This document shows positions 34,294-48,109 of a DNA stretch of 64,000 bases, one piece after another. This stretch comes from an uncultured Phycisphaerales bacterium (GTDB lineage Bacteria; Planctomycetota; Phycisphaerae; Tepidisphaerales; Tepidisphaeraceae). The notes under the pieces were generated by a model. It saw nothing but the letters and a program-made list of their open reading frames with translations, had not been told where the DNA came from and did not search any database. The translations under genes and the position numbers were made by a program. The stretch spans positions 2,720,001 through 2,784,000 of the forward strand of contig CAVWLP010000002.1 in assembly GCA_963755915.1 (NCBI GenBank), written 5' to 3'. Position 1 is the stretch's first letter. Each line of letters opens with the position of its first letter.

Positions 34294-36438
34294 TGGCGCT
34301 GCACCACTTCCGCCACATCTCGCGATACGCCGTCTCCATGTTCCGTGCGAACCCGCGCCCGTCCATCATCGGTGAAGATTTCATTTTTTCGCGCAGACTT
34401 GCCCGAAGCGCGGCCTGGCGCGGTAGATCGGCCGCCAGCTCCGAAACGATCTTCACGTACTCATCGGGCGAATGCGCGATCAGTTCCGGCATCCCCAGCG
34501 TGGACAGAATGCTCATCCCGGCCCTTCCGGCGGCGGTGTGACCGGCGAGCGTCACCACGGGCACGCCCATCCACAGCGCGTCGCAGGTGGTGGTGATACC
34601 GTTATAGGGCAGGGGGTCGAGGCAGATATCGATGCCATCATAGAGCCGGAGATATTCGGCGCGAACCCGCCGGGGGACGAATTCCAGGCGTTCGGGGACA
34701 ATTCCATTCTTTTCAAAAATCGCACGAATGCGGTTGCGATCGAGATCGCCAAACGCCTGGATCAGCAGCCGCGAACCCTCCACGGCGTTCATGACCCGCG
34801 CCCAGAGCGAGAGCAGCTGCTCGTTGTTCTTGCACGGATTATTGATCGATCCGAAACGGATCGGTCCCGGCGCCGTGCCGGCACGGGCGGCAAATCGATC
34901 ATCGAATCATAGCAGCACCAGCAGTTGGGCAATCGCCAGGATTCCTCGCGGTAATACGACGTGGGCTTGTCGGGGGGGTCCATGAACGAATCGGTGATGC
35001 GATAGTCCATCGCGTCCAGACCGGTTCCGCCGGGATATGCGAGCCAGGTTACCTGCACCGGCGCCGGTTTGCGGGCGAAAACCCCCAGGCGGTTGTGCGA
35101 CATGTGCATGGCCAGGTCGATCAGCACGTCGATCTTGTCGCGGCGAATTTGTTCGGCCACTTCAGCGTCGGGCCAACCGAGGACGTCGTGCCACACGTCG
35201 GCCGACTGTTTTTGTCGGGCGGTGAATTGATCGGGGCGGATGACGCTGGAATATAAATGAACTTCGACCTGCTGGCGGTCGTGATTCTCGATCAGCGGGG
35301 CGACGAAAAACGACTCCGCCTGCGAATAAAAATAGGCCGACACGTATCCGATCCGCAGCTTGCGATCGGGCGATCGGTCGTTTTCGTGCGGCCGGATGGA
35401 CTTCGCCAGCGGCAGGGCGTGGATGTCGTTCCATCTGCGCTGCTCGCGGAAGAGCCCTTCATCGTCGTATCCCGGGTGAAACTGAAGGGTGTAGACCATG
35501 TTGCTGTGAATGCCCGGCTCGCGCGGATTAATCGCCAGGGTGCGCCCGTAACAGGCGATGGTCTCGGCGATGTCTCCCGAATCCTTGTAGGCGTTGCCAA
35601 GGTTGTTGGTCGTGTCGACCATGTTGGGGCGGATCGAGAGGCATTTTTTGTAAACCGCGATGGCCTCATCGAGCCGGCCCTCTTCCCTCAGGGCAATTCC
35701 CAGATTGTTGTAGGGCTCAGGCATATTGGGGGAGAGCTGGATCGCCCGCTGAAGGATCTTGATCGCGTCGGCGCGTTTTCCCATCATGCGCAGCGCCGAG
35801 CCGAGGTTCGAAAGGGCGGCGGGAAAATCGGGCGCATTTTCAGCGCTTCCTGATAGGCGGCCACGGCGTCCGCCAGTCGCATTTTCGCCGCCAGCACGCT
35901 TCCGAGATTATTTTGCGCATCAGGCATCCGGGGCTGAATGATGAGAGCCCGGTGCAGGTGTGCCTCGGCTTCGTCGAGCTGTCCCTTGCGGTGCAGCGCA
36001 GCCGAGGTTCTGATGGGCATCGGCGAAATCCGGGCGGATGACCAGCGCGGCGCGATATTTCTCGACCGCCGCGTCGAGATTTCCGCGGCCGATGAATTGA
36101 TTGCCGAGGTCGAAAAAAGCCTGCCAGTTTTTCGGATTCACCGCGACCGTGCGCGCCAGCGCGGCGACGGCATCGTCGTTTCGCCCCATCTGCGCAAAGA
36201 CCAGCGCGAGGTTTCGATGGTAATCCGAATTGTTCGGATTGACGGCGATGGCACGCTGGATCAATTCGATCGCGCTGGGCTGCCTTCCCGACTGATGCTC
36301 GGCGATCCCCAGAAGAAAAAGCGCGTCGGCATTTTGCGGCTGCTGGGCAAGAACCTGCCGTAATAGCGGGATCGCGTCGCCGACTCTGTTCGCCTTCAAG
36401 TGTGCAAGGCCGTTTTCTAGCTGCTGTTGAGTGGTCAT
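34286..36438 (-). CDS. SPINDLY/OGT-family (GT41) TPR glycosyltransferase, long-TPR copy (frameshifts near 36005, 35820, 34870)
   Basis: Many TPRs and the same GT41 motifs spread over four ORFs. Confidence 0.88.
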
Positions 36439-36519
36439 GTCGCTGAATCTACTTAAAAATGCGTCAAAAATTTCCGCCGTTACAATCACCGGACACAACC
36501 ATGAAAGGAGATTTTTTAC

Positions 36520-37560
36520 ATGGTTATCGGAACCAAACGCTATTCGTCCCGGCACATAATTTCGCTGATTATTCTCTTCCTGGCAACCGGGACGGCCGTT
36601 GCCTCGGCCGATCAGGTCGTTTTGAAGAATGGTGACCGCATTACCGGCACAATCCAGACCGCAGATGGTGGGAAACTTACCATCCTCTCGCCCATCGCGG
36701 GAACGATCACCGTCAAACTCAGCGATGTTAAGACATTTTTCACTGATGAGCCCATCAAAATCGTGCTTCAGGATGGAACCGTCATCAATCAGCCAGTGAC
36801 CATGGGCGCCGACGGCACCTTTGAAACGGCCGCCACGGGTTCGCTGGCCGTCCAGTCCATCCCCATCAGTAAGATCGAAAAAGTTAATCCTCCGCCGATC
36901 GCGTGGAACGGCTCACTGGTGGTCAACGGCTCGCTGAACCAGGGCAATACGTATAGCGAGGCGCTGGGCGCAACGCTTGGCCTCTTGCGCCGAGGCGTCA
37001 ACGACCGAATTCAGTTTGACGGCCAATACCTCTTCGGGAAGACGAAGCAAAACGGCGTCACCTCCACATCCACCGACCAGTGGTTTATCCAGCCTGCCTA
37101 CAGCTATTTCTTCACCCCGCACTTTTACGCCAATGCCAACGTGCGCGTCGAGAAGAATCGCATCCTCAATCTGGATGTCCGGCTGACGCCCGCGCTCAGC
37201 GCCGGCTATCAGTTCGTCGAACAGCCGGACTTCAACGCCGATGTCGAGGGTGGTATCGCCTGGGTGTACGAAGATTACACCAACATCGGGACGCCGGATG
37301 AAAACGTCTCGCTTCGGCTTGCGTATCATGTCGACAAAACCCTGTGGGACAAGGTGAAGCTCTTCAGCGACTTGGCTTATTTTCCGTCGATTCAGAATGC
37401 CAAGGATTTTCTCGTGCTCTTTGATGCGGGGATCAGGGTTGCGCTGACGAAGACGATGTTTTCGGAATTTCGCGGGGAGGCTGATTATGATTCGCATCCT
37501 GCGCCGGGGAGCGTTCGAACGCAGACGCAGTTGCTGCTGGGGGTGGGATGGACGTTTTGA
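36520..37560 (+). CDS. DUF481-like outer-membrane beta-barrel protein
   Basis: Signal peptide; DQVVLKNGDRITG; GNT; alternating beta strands; terminal GVGWTF. Confidence 0.8.
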   Translation: MVIGTKRYSSRHIISLIILFLATGTAVASADQVVLKNGDRITGTIQTADGGKLTILSPIAGTITVKLSDVKTFFTDEPIKIVLQDGTVINQPVTMGADGTFETAATGSLAVQSIPISKIEKVNPPPIAWNGSLVVNGSLNQGNTYSEALGATLGLLRRGVNDRIQFDGQYLFGKTKQNGVTSTSTDQWFIQPAYSYFFTPHFYANANVRVEKNRILNLDVRLTPALSAGYQFVEQPDFNADVEGGIAWVYEDYTNIGTPDENVSLRLAYHVDKTLWDKVKLFSDLAYFPSIQNAKDFLVLFDAGIRVALTKTMFSEFRGEADYDSHPAPGSVRTQTQLLLGVGWTF

Positions 37561-37568
37561 GTAAAACT

Positions 37569-37690
37569 TCCCCCCTCTTCCAGTACTCTGGGAAAGGGCG
37601 GGGGTGAGGGCCTACAAAAATATCGACCGTTGTACAATCCGTAAGATCCCGTCTACCCTCACCCTCTCCCAGAGTACTGGGAGAGGGGAA
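37569..37690. repeat. Inverted pair (REPIN-like) of CCCTC...GAGTAC...GAGGGG palindromes
   Basis: Copy 37569-37611 is inverted relative to copy 37656-37690 (ccctcaccctctcccagagtactgggagagggg); lies between convergent genes. Confidence 0.75.
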
Positions 37691-37728
37691 AAGGCTTTGC
37701 ACGTCGTGATCGATCACGCTTTTCGCGT

Positions 37729-40516
<2,788 letters not shown>

Positions 40517-40566
40517 TTATTAACCTGTAGGAAAGCAGCGAATCATATGCGCCGCAAGCAGGCGCC

Positions 40567-42017
40567 TCAAGGCGTCGAGCGTTCGTAGGGATAGACGTCG
40601 ACAGATATTGCCGGATCTGTCGGCGTCAGCCAGCGGTCTCGCACCACGAGGCGCCGAATCGGACGCGGGCCGGGAGGGGGGGAATCAGCAGCAGCAGCTC
40701 GCGCGGGGTCATCGGATATGTGTACCACTCCGACGCCAGTATCTGTAGGGACGACTGGGGAGAATATTTTTCAATTTCTTTTATGACGGATATCTGCTGG
40801 GAAAGGGAGGCGCCGAAATCCGAGCCCATCGCTCCGCTGTCGCGGTGGAGGATGAACATCGATATTCCCAGAACGGCGAGCAATGAACCGGCGTAAACAG
40901 CGATGGGGATGCCAATCGTGAGGGCTGGTTTGGGGATCCGGATTCGCAATGCCTCGACGGCGTACCAGGCGAGGATCACGTAGCAGACCCAGGTGGCGTT
41001 GAAATAGTGGCTCAAGGGCATGGTTCGCTCGGCGGCGTCGAGGACTCCCTGACAGACGGCGGTGATTACCGAGAGCAAGGCGAGTTGATCGGCGGTGGTA
41101 AAGGGCTCGCGCCGGCGGACGCTGCGGCGATATCGGACAACGACTAAAACCATGCCGGCCCAGACGGCGGGATAGGGCATGAGAGAGATCGCCTGAAAGA
41201 CGGAAAGAATCGCCGGGGCTTCTTTGTGGACGGTGGGAAGCCAGTCGAAACCGGCGGCGAGATGATGGCCGCCGAGGAGGGGGAACCACCAGCTTAGCGA
41301 TCCGCTGACGGCGACGGTCATGACGGGGGCGGCGGCGTGCAGGGCGGCATGGAAATAGATGGCGAAGAGGGCGAGCCAGACGATGCCGACGGCGGCAAGC
41401 GTGGAGCGAAATCGTTTCAACGAGTTGCGTTGAAAGAGAAACGCGTGGAGGGCAACGCCGCCGATCATCGCGACGGACATGAGGTGGATGAGGGTCATGG
41501 CGCCGAGGCAGGACGCCGCGAGGGCCAGGGGCCAGCGGCGGCGGGTTTCGATGAAATCGCCATAGCCTGCGACCGCCAGGGCGGAGAGGGGAATGCAGAA
41601 GGTGTTGTCCCAAATCTCACGGCTGTAGAGCCACAGCCAGGGGGAGAGCATTGAGAGGGGCACGTACCAAGGGCTAAGGCGCATGACGCGGGTGAGCCAT
41701 AGAAGGGCGGCGGCGGTGGTTGTTTCGAAGATGAGGGAGCGCATCGAAACGACGGCGACGGGATTGTGTGAGAAGACGAGCAGGGCCTGGTAAAACCAGA
41801 TGGGGAACGGGCCGTAAGGTAAGCCGCGTGTGCCCAGGGTGCCGATGGTGGCGATGGTGAAGGGGAGTGAAATTCCAAGAAAATGGGAGGGGGTGGCGTT
41901 GAGCTGCGCGGCGGAGCCGAGAAGGGTGGCCATCTCGGCGATAAAGGGAACGTCGCCGGGGAAGACGAAGGCGGTGAAGGCGATGATGACGGCGGTGGCC
42001 ACAATCGGGCCGGCCAT
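40567..42017 (-). CDS. Polytopic membrane protein, GT-C/ArnT-like candidate (copy 1; frameshift near 40680)
   Basis: About 10 TM helices; G.RG..YGP.P.W.YQ, SPWLWL.SR..WDN.FCIP and H.FNATW shared with 43572-45076. Confidence 0.65.
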
Positions 42018-42125
42018 TTCAGACAATCTTGAGCGGGGTATCAACGGCCCCAATTTAACCAGCGATTGGCAAGGCTTAAAGTCCCGCGGTTATCGCGGGG
42101 GATGCGGCGCTTATTTGTGATGGGA

Positions 42126-42165
42126 CCCCCACCCCAACCCTCCCCCGGAGTACCAGGGGAGGGGA
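42126..42165. repeat. REP-like palindrome CCCTCCCCCGGAGTACCAGGGGAGGGGA
   Basis: 28-nt core identical to 58910-58937. Confidence 0.85.
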
Positions 42166-42199
42166 AAAATGCGCGGGAACCAAGAAGAAGAGTCACACC

Positions 42200-42970
42200 C
42201 TATCGCGGGCCGCAGCCGGGCGCTACGAACAGATTTGGCAACTGCTGGAGCGGGGGGCCGGAATCATCGGAGACGACCACGAATCCCCAGCCGGAATTGT
42301 TCCAGGATGAGATGTTAAGGCCACCGGCGGAGCGCGAGCTTTTTTCAGTGCCGGTGCCTGGGGCGGGCCATTCGGAGACCTGGGATAGATGTGAGCCGTT
42401 GCGATAGATCAGCGTTGCGACCTGCACGCCGGCGAAATGATCCACCCTTGCGCCGGCGAGGGTGTAGCCCGGCGGGGGCGTGGTTGGCGGGAAGGGGGCG
42501 AAGTTTAGCTTGCCGGTGAACCAGGCGAAGACGGTTTTGGGATCTGATGAGGCTACGTCGACGACCGGCGCTGTTTGGGGGGATTGCTGATATCGCGCGA
42601 CCGCGTCGTTTTCTACGCGTTGGCGCTGTGTGGGCCAGAGCATGAAGGTGATCGCGAGGATCGCGGCAACGCCGGTCAACCCTGCGGCAAAAGCGATCCA
42701 CTTGGGGCGCAGAATTCGGGCGGCGGGTTTGGTGGCGGGGGGATCGACGGCTTTGTCGAGCAGGGAATTCACGCGTTTGAGGAGGGCGCCGGGGGCGTTG
42801 AATTTCAGGCCGTCGGTGAGCATGGCGGCTTTGAGCGCGGCGATGCTTTGCAGTGCCTGGTTGCAGTGGGGGCAGTCGTTGATGTGGCGCTCGGCCTGGG
42901 CGCGCTGGGCGGCGTCAAGCTCGCCGTCGGAATATGCGGAGATCAGATCCATGGCTTCTTTACATTCCAT
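42200..42970 (-). CDS. Zinc-binding (zf-HC2) transmembrane anti-sigma factor
   Basis: C..A..LISAYSDGEL...H..DCPHC; TM helix; DVASSD...WF.GKL.FAP, GARVD, A.L.Y. Confidence 0.9.
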   Translation of the reverse strand: MECKEAMDLISAYSDGELDAAQRAQAERHINDCPHCNQALQSIAALKAAMLTDGLKFNAPGALLKRVNSLLDKAVDPPATKPAARILRPKWIAFAAGLTGVAAILAITFMLWPTQRQRVENDAVARYQQSPQTAPVVDVASSDPKTVFAWFTGKLNFAPFPPTTPPPGYTLAGARVDHFAGVQVATLIYRNGSHLSQVSEWPAPGTGTEKSSRSAGGLNISSWNNSGWGFVVVSDDSGPPLQQLPNLFVAPGCGPR

Positions 42971-42976
42971 GGGACG

Positions 42977-43497
42977 TCACCTCGCCCCTTTCTCGGCACA
43001 GAGCTTCATGGCCAGACGGCGGCGGCCGCGCGAGAGGCGGGACATGACTGTGCCGATCGGGACGGCGGCGATCTCGGAGATCTGGCGGTAGGACATGCCT
43101 TGAAGGTCTTTGAGCACAATGGCCTCTCGAAACTCTATCGGCAGTTCCTCGATGGCGGCCCGCAACTGCTGGGAATCGATAGTGCGGGAGAGCTCAGCAA
43201 AGGGATCGGGGACGTCGGACTCGACGGCGGCGATGTCGGCGTCGACTTCGACGGTCGAGACGTTATGGCGGCGTCGTTTGAGCCAGGTGTAGCAGGTGTT
43301 GCGCACGATGGTGAGGAGCCATGCGCGTCCGTCTTCACCGCGGAAATTTTCGAAACCCCGCAAAGCCCGCAAGCATGCCTCCTGCACCACGTCCTCAGCA
43401 TCGTGCCGATCACGGGTCAGCCATCGCGCCAAGCTGTACGCCTCATCGAGATGACGAAGCCCTGCTGCCGAAAGCGGTTGACTAACTCAGGATCCAC
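42977..43497 (-). CDS. ECF RNA polymerase sigma factor (frameshift near 43460)
   Basis: LARWLTR..HDAEDVVQEA.LRA, AWLLTIVRN, SY..I.EI...PIGTVMSRLSR; GTG at 43497 inferred. Confidence 0.9.
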
Positions 43498-43571
43498 AAA
43501 TGCTGCTCCATCTTATATTTATTTGACTCTTTGTGTCGCCCGCGTATTCCCGACCAATAATCGCCGTATTC

Positions 43572-45076
43572 TTAAGGTGAAGGGGGCGATATCGGATCGG
43601 GCTGGATGACAATTCCCGGATCACCGGGAAAACGGTTCCGGTCGCGAGCATAGAGGCGTCGCATGGGTCTGGGCCCGTCGGGCGGTGGTAACAGGGTCAG
43701 CAATACCCGCGGCGTTGTGGGATAAACGAGCCATTCCGAACATTCAATAACCAAGGGGGAACTGGGTGAAAACTGCAGGATATCATGGGCTGCCGCGATT
43801 TGGTTATTCAGGGTTGCTCCATATTCCCTGGTCAGAATTCCATCGTCGCGGTGGACGATGAAAATGGTTACGCCAAGAACGGTGGCGACGGAGGCGATAT
43901 ACGCCGTCAAGGGGATGCCGAGGAGGATGCCGGGCGCTTCAGTTTCCCTGCCAGTGCGTCGACGGCATACCACGCAAGCACGACATAGACGATCCAGGTT
44001 GCATTGAAGAAATGGGCGAAGGGTTCGAGCTTGGCGGCGGCGTCGAGGAAGCCCTGGCAGAGCGCCACGGCAAGCGCGAGAAGCAAAAGATGATCCGGGA
44101 GGGAAAGCTCGCGTCTGGATTGAATCGCCTTGGTGAGTTTGAAGATTGCCAAAACCATTCCGCCCCAAACCGCCAGGTGGGGCAGAAGAGAGATCGTCTG
44201 GCAAAGCTTGATGATCGGCGGCAATTTTTGCATCGCATCGGGAAACCAATCGAACCCCGCGGCCAAATGATGCCCGCCCAGGAGCGGGAGCCACCAGGTG
44301 CGATTGCTGGAGACGTCCTTGAAATGATGAAACTGGAGAGAATGTCTTATCGAGGCGAAATAGAACGGGAGGACGGCAAGCCAGGGCGCGGCGATTGCCA
44401 GGAGCGCCCAGGCAAATTTTTTTATCTGGGGACGCTGGAAGCAAACGGCGTGGAGAATCATGGGGACGATCAGGGCGAGCGACATGAAATGAACCAACGT
44501 CAGCGCCTCGAGGGATGCGGCGGCGGTAAGCAGGGGGCCGCGGCGGCGGGTTGCCAAAAAACTTGCGTAGGCGGCGATTGCGAGGGCGGATAAGGGGATG
44601 CAGAAGCTGTTGTCCCAGGGCTTGCGGCTTAGAAGCCACAACCAGGGGGACAACATCGAAAGGGGAGCGTACCAGGGGCTGAGGCGCATCGTGCGGGCCA
44701 GCCAAAGGAGGGCGAGGGCGGTTGATCCGCTGACGAGGGCGGCGCGCATCGAAACGATGGCGACGGGATTATGGGTGAGGGAGAGGAGGAGTTGGTAGAT
44801 CCAGACGGGCAGGGGGCCGTAGGCGACGCCGCGGGTGCCCTGAAGGCCGCGTGCCGCCGGGGTGAAGGGGAGCGAAATGCCTAAGATCCTGAAGGGCGTA
44901 TGGTTTGCGAGGAGGGCATCGCCGAGGAGCATCGGTTCATCGCGTAAAAAAGGAACGTCTCCCGGAAAGACAAAGGCGGTGAAAGAGACGATCGCAACCA
45001 GTGCGGCAACGGGGGCGGCTTTGATTGCGAGGTGGGTCGAAGTAGGCGCGTTTTGCGCTGGGTCGGTGAGATTCAT
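43572..45076 (-). CDS. Polytopic membrane protein, GT-C/ArnT-like candidate (copy 2; frameshift near 43925)
   Basis: Full-length paralog of 40567-42017; early loop PFLRDEP. Confidence 0.65.
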
Positions 45077-45111
45077 TTTGTCGGGTCCGGATGACGAGTA
45101 TAATGTCAAAC

Positions 45112-45513
45112 TGCGGCCGCAGTGGCGATCGCGCCGGACCGTGAGGTTCGGTGAGGAAAGTCCGAACTGCGATCGGGCTCGGTGCTTGATAACATCAAGG
45201 CGGAGAAATCCGACGGAAAGTGCAACAGAAAGATACCGCCCTGAGCGAGAGGCGCAAGCCTCGAGTCGAAGGGTAAGGGTGAAATGGTGCGGTAAGAGCG
45301 CACCGCATCGGTGGTGACACCGATGGCACGGCAAACCCCACCGGCAGCAAGGCCAAATAAGCGGGCAGTCCTGAGCCCAGGACGAGCCGGGCAACCGGCA
45401 GACCCGCGGGTAGGCTGCTTGAGGCGGATGGCAACATCCGTCCCAGAGAAATGATCGCCTCCGGCGCATTTTGTTTCGCGTCGGAAACAGAACTCGGCTT
45501 ACACGCGGCCGCA
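45112..45513 (+). ncRNA. rnpB: RNase P RNA (bacterial type A)
   Basis: GAGGAAAGTCCGA, GAAAGTGCAACAGAAA, GGGTGAAA..GTGCGGTAAGAGCGCAC, GGCAAACCCC, ACAGAACTCGGCTTA; P1 TGCGGCCGC/GCGGCCGCA; TATAAT at 45099. Confidence 0.97.
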
Positions 45514-45520
45514 ATGTACA

Positions 45521-45564
45521 CGCCGGCGTCGCGTCGAATGACGCGGCGCCGGCGCCATTTTTTT
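45521..45564 (+). terminator. Intrinsic terminator of rnpB
   Basis: CGCCGGCGTCGCGTC-GAAT-GACGCGGCGCCGGCG stem followed by T7. Confidence 0.85.
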
Positions 45565-45811
45565 GAGGGAGGGGAGATCGGACAGAATCTGACAGTATCG
45601 GACACTTTTTGAGTTTTGTTAGTTTGTGCTAGTTTATTGGGCGGTTGTAAGATTTGATGTGAAAATTGGTTGCGGGGGGTTTGTGGTTCGATGGAAGTTC
45701 CCCACGGCGGCGCCGTGGGCGTTCGGGGATTGAAATGATGCAGAGCTAGTGCAATTGCTTTTGCGCTGGAAGGGTGCGAAAGACCCCCTCCCTAGCCCTC
45801 CCCCGGGAATA

Positions 45812-46814
45812 CCCAACATATTTCATCTATGCCGTAAGTCCTTTTATTTGGCACTGCCGCAAGGCCAGGATGATCAACTTGGCGATGACCCACCGGGCCA
45901 CTCGTCGTGGCCGACGGACCCAACTCGGCAAAGATTGCAGTCCGCCGCCGAAATTGCACAGATGTGCCAGATCCCGCTCGATGTCGCCCCGCAGTCCATA
46001 AAGTTCCCGGCCGAACGGGTTGGGAGCGTCCGCCTCCAGCAGTTCAATGCATCGCAAGCGTGCCGGGCAGTGCTTGCCATGTCCCAAGCCGCTCCCGGGT
46101 GCTTTACGTTTGGCCAGCAGTTGGAAACCGTGGGTCATGGCATGCCAGTGGAGCGGATTGGTCTCATGAGTGGCATCGGCCAGCAGATAGCCGGTGGCAT
46201 TTGAACCATTTTGAGTCAGTCGATCGATCAACTCAATGCCGCATTGCTGATCCGAGACGTTCAGGGACGCCAGCAGCAGCGGATCGGGCACCAGTCCGCG
46301 TCCCCAGGCGGCGGCCAGTTTGTAACCGCGGGCCAGACCTCCGGTGGCGTAGCCCCTCCTGGCATCTCGATCCTTTGAGAATCCGCTGACCACCAGCGGC
46401 TTGGTATCGACCCGCCAACAAAGACCGAGTCCCGATCCCATCACCGCTGCAACTCGATAATAGAGTTGGGCCAGCAGCGTGCAGCAGGAAAGAGTTTTGA
46501 GCCGTCGGCTCATGGTTGCCTCGCTGGGCAGCGTCATCCATTGCATCGTTGCAGGCCAGTGACCAGGCTGGCAAGCCCAACGAATGGGGCGATCGTGCAA
46601 CAGCGCCCAAAAGAAAACCAGAAGAATGACGGCATCGGTAAACTGCGCGTATTTGGGACGGGGGTGGTGTTTGGCTTCCCGCCCTACGATGGCGTAAAGT
46701 GCCTCGAATAGTTCGCCTTCCATGGCAAATCTCCTTGTTTGAGACCAAGAAGATCAGCATGGAGGCGAACTCTTGTTTTTGCCAGCATTTAGTTCATTGT
46801 TGAAAAATGTTGGG
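45812..46814 (-). mobile_element. ~1.0-kb insertion sequence (IS982/IS5-like DDE)
   Basis: TIRs CCCAACATATTTCATCTATG / rc CCCAACATTTTTCAACAATG (17 of 20 match); imperfect flanking duplication AATA/AGTA; single transposase ORF. Confidence 0.88.
45827..46723 (-). CDS. DDE transposase
   Basis: PSEATMSRRL, VDTKPL, GYKL, LLAD and Y..R..IER motifs; enclosed by TIRs; RBS AAGGAG. Confidence 0.88.
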   Translation of the reverse strand: MEGELFEALYAIVGREAKHHPRPKYAQFTDAVILLVFFWALLHDRPIRWACQPGHWPATMQWMTLPSEATMSRRLKTLSCCTLLAQLYYRVAAVMGSGLGLCWRVDTKPLVVSGFSKDRDARRGYATGGLARGYKLAAAWGRGLVPDPLLLASLNVSDQQCGIELIDRLTQNGSNATGYLLADATHETNPLHWHAMTHGFQLLAKRKAPGSGLGHGKHCPARLRCIELLEADAPNPFGRELYGLRGDIERDLAHLCNFGGGLQSLPSWVRRPRRVARWVIAKLIILALRQCQIKGLTA

Positions 46815-46923
46815 AGTACCGGGGGCGGGGGAATTCGGGGAAAAGCGGTTCGGCTTAGGGCGCGCCGGGGCGCGTGCGGTCACGGGGCTTTTTTGCGGGC
46901 GGGTGGGACATTATTCTTGGGGG

Positions 46924-48024
46924 ATGCTTGTCGATGGCGTGCCGATGCGGACGATTTGGGAGGTGGAGGGGGGCGTGGGGATCATCGATCAGACGAAGCT
47001 TCCGCATGAGCTGGTGAAGGTGGAGCTCAAAACGCTGGGGGATGTGGAGCGGGCGATTAAAGAGATGTGGGTGCGGGGGGCGCCGCTGATTGGGGCGACG
47101 GCGGCTTACGGGATGGCGATTGCGCTGGCGAAGGATCCATCGGATGATTCGCTGCGAAGGGGGGCGGAGGTGCTGGGGAGGACGCGGCCGACGGCGGTGA
47201 ATTTGCGGTGGGCGCTGGAGAGGATTCTTCGGGAAATTGGGAGCCTTAAAAGAGAGGAGCGGGCGCGGGCGGCGTTTGCGCTGGCGGCGAGAATTTGTGA
47301 GGAGGATGTTGCCATCAATCGGGCGATCGGGCGGCATGGGTTGGGGCTTATCAAGGCCAGGGAAGACGCGCGGGATCGGATCAATATTTTGACGCATTGC
47401 AACGCGGGGTGGCTGGCGACGGTGGATGTGGGGACGGCGACGGCGCCGATTTATGCGGCGCATGATTTGGGGATTGCGGTGCATGTGTGGGTGGATGAGA
47501 CGCGGCCGCGGAACCAGGGGGCGAGTCTTACGGCCTGGGAACTGGGGAAGCATGGGGTGCCACATACGGTGATCGCGGATAATGCGGGGGGACATCTCAT
47601 GCAACACGGGATGGTGGATTTGTGCATTGTGGGGTGCGACCGGGTGACGGCGACGGGGGATGTGGCGAATAAGATCGGGACTTATCTGAAGGCGCTGGCG
47701 GCGCGGGATAATGGGGTTCCGTTTTATGTTGCGCTGCCGTCGCCGACGATCGACTGGAGGGTGAGCGATGGGGTGAGGGAGATTCCGATTGAGCAGCGGG
47801 ATGCGACGGAAGTGACGCATGTGACCGGACGCAACAGCACGGGGGGTGTGGAGCGGGTGTGTCTCGTGCCTGAGGGGAGTGGGGCGGCGAATTATGCGTT
47901 TGATGTGACGCCGGGGCGGCTGGTGACGGGGTTGATTACGGAGCGCGGGGTTTGTGAGGCTTCGCGCGAGGGGCTGGCGGGGTTGTTTGCTGGGAGGGGG
48001 TGGGAAATAGTGAATGGGGAATAG
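46924..48024 (+). CDS. mtnA: S-methyl-5-thioribose-1-phosphate isomerase
   Basis: [59 protein letters not shown]. Confidence 0.95.
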   Translation: MLVDGVPMRTIWEVEGGVGIIDQTKLPHELVKVELKTLGDVERAIKEMWVRGAPLIGATAAYGMAIALAKDPSDDSLRRGAEVLGRTRPTAVNLRWALERILREIGSLKREERARAAFALAARICEEDVAINRAIGRHGLGLIKAREDARDRINILTHCNAGWLATVDVGTATAPIYAAHDLGIAVHVWVDETRPRNQGASLTAWELGKHGVPHTVIADNAGGHLMQHGMVDLCIVGCDRVTATGDVANKIGTYLKALAARDNGVPFYVALPSPTIDWRVSDGVREIPIEQRDATEVTHVTGRNSTGGVERVCLVPEGSGAANYAFDVTPGRLVTGLITERGVCEASREGLAGLFAGRGWEIVNGE

Positions 48025-48039
48025 TGAATAGTGAATTGT
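48005..48039. repeat. Heptamer tandem repeat GAATAGT x5 (imperfect) overlapping the mtnA stop
   Basis: aaatagt gaatggg gaatagt gaatagt gaattgt. Confidence 0.75.
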
Positions 48040-48109
48040 TTGCAGTTTAGGGAACAAAGTGGGGTTTTTTGCGATCGGCAATTGTGGGGGCTCGCCCTAC
48101 AATGCCTTT

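Noticed and set aside
43907-45514. 535-aa ORF with a long N-terminal extension
   Set aside because: The extension is the antisense of rnpB; the real start is ATG at 45076
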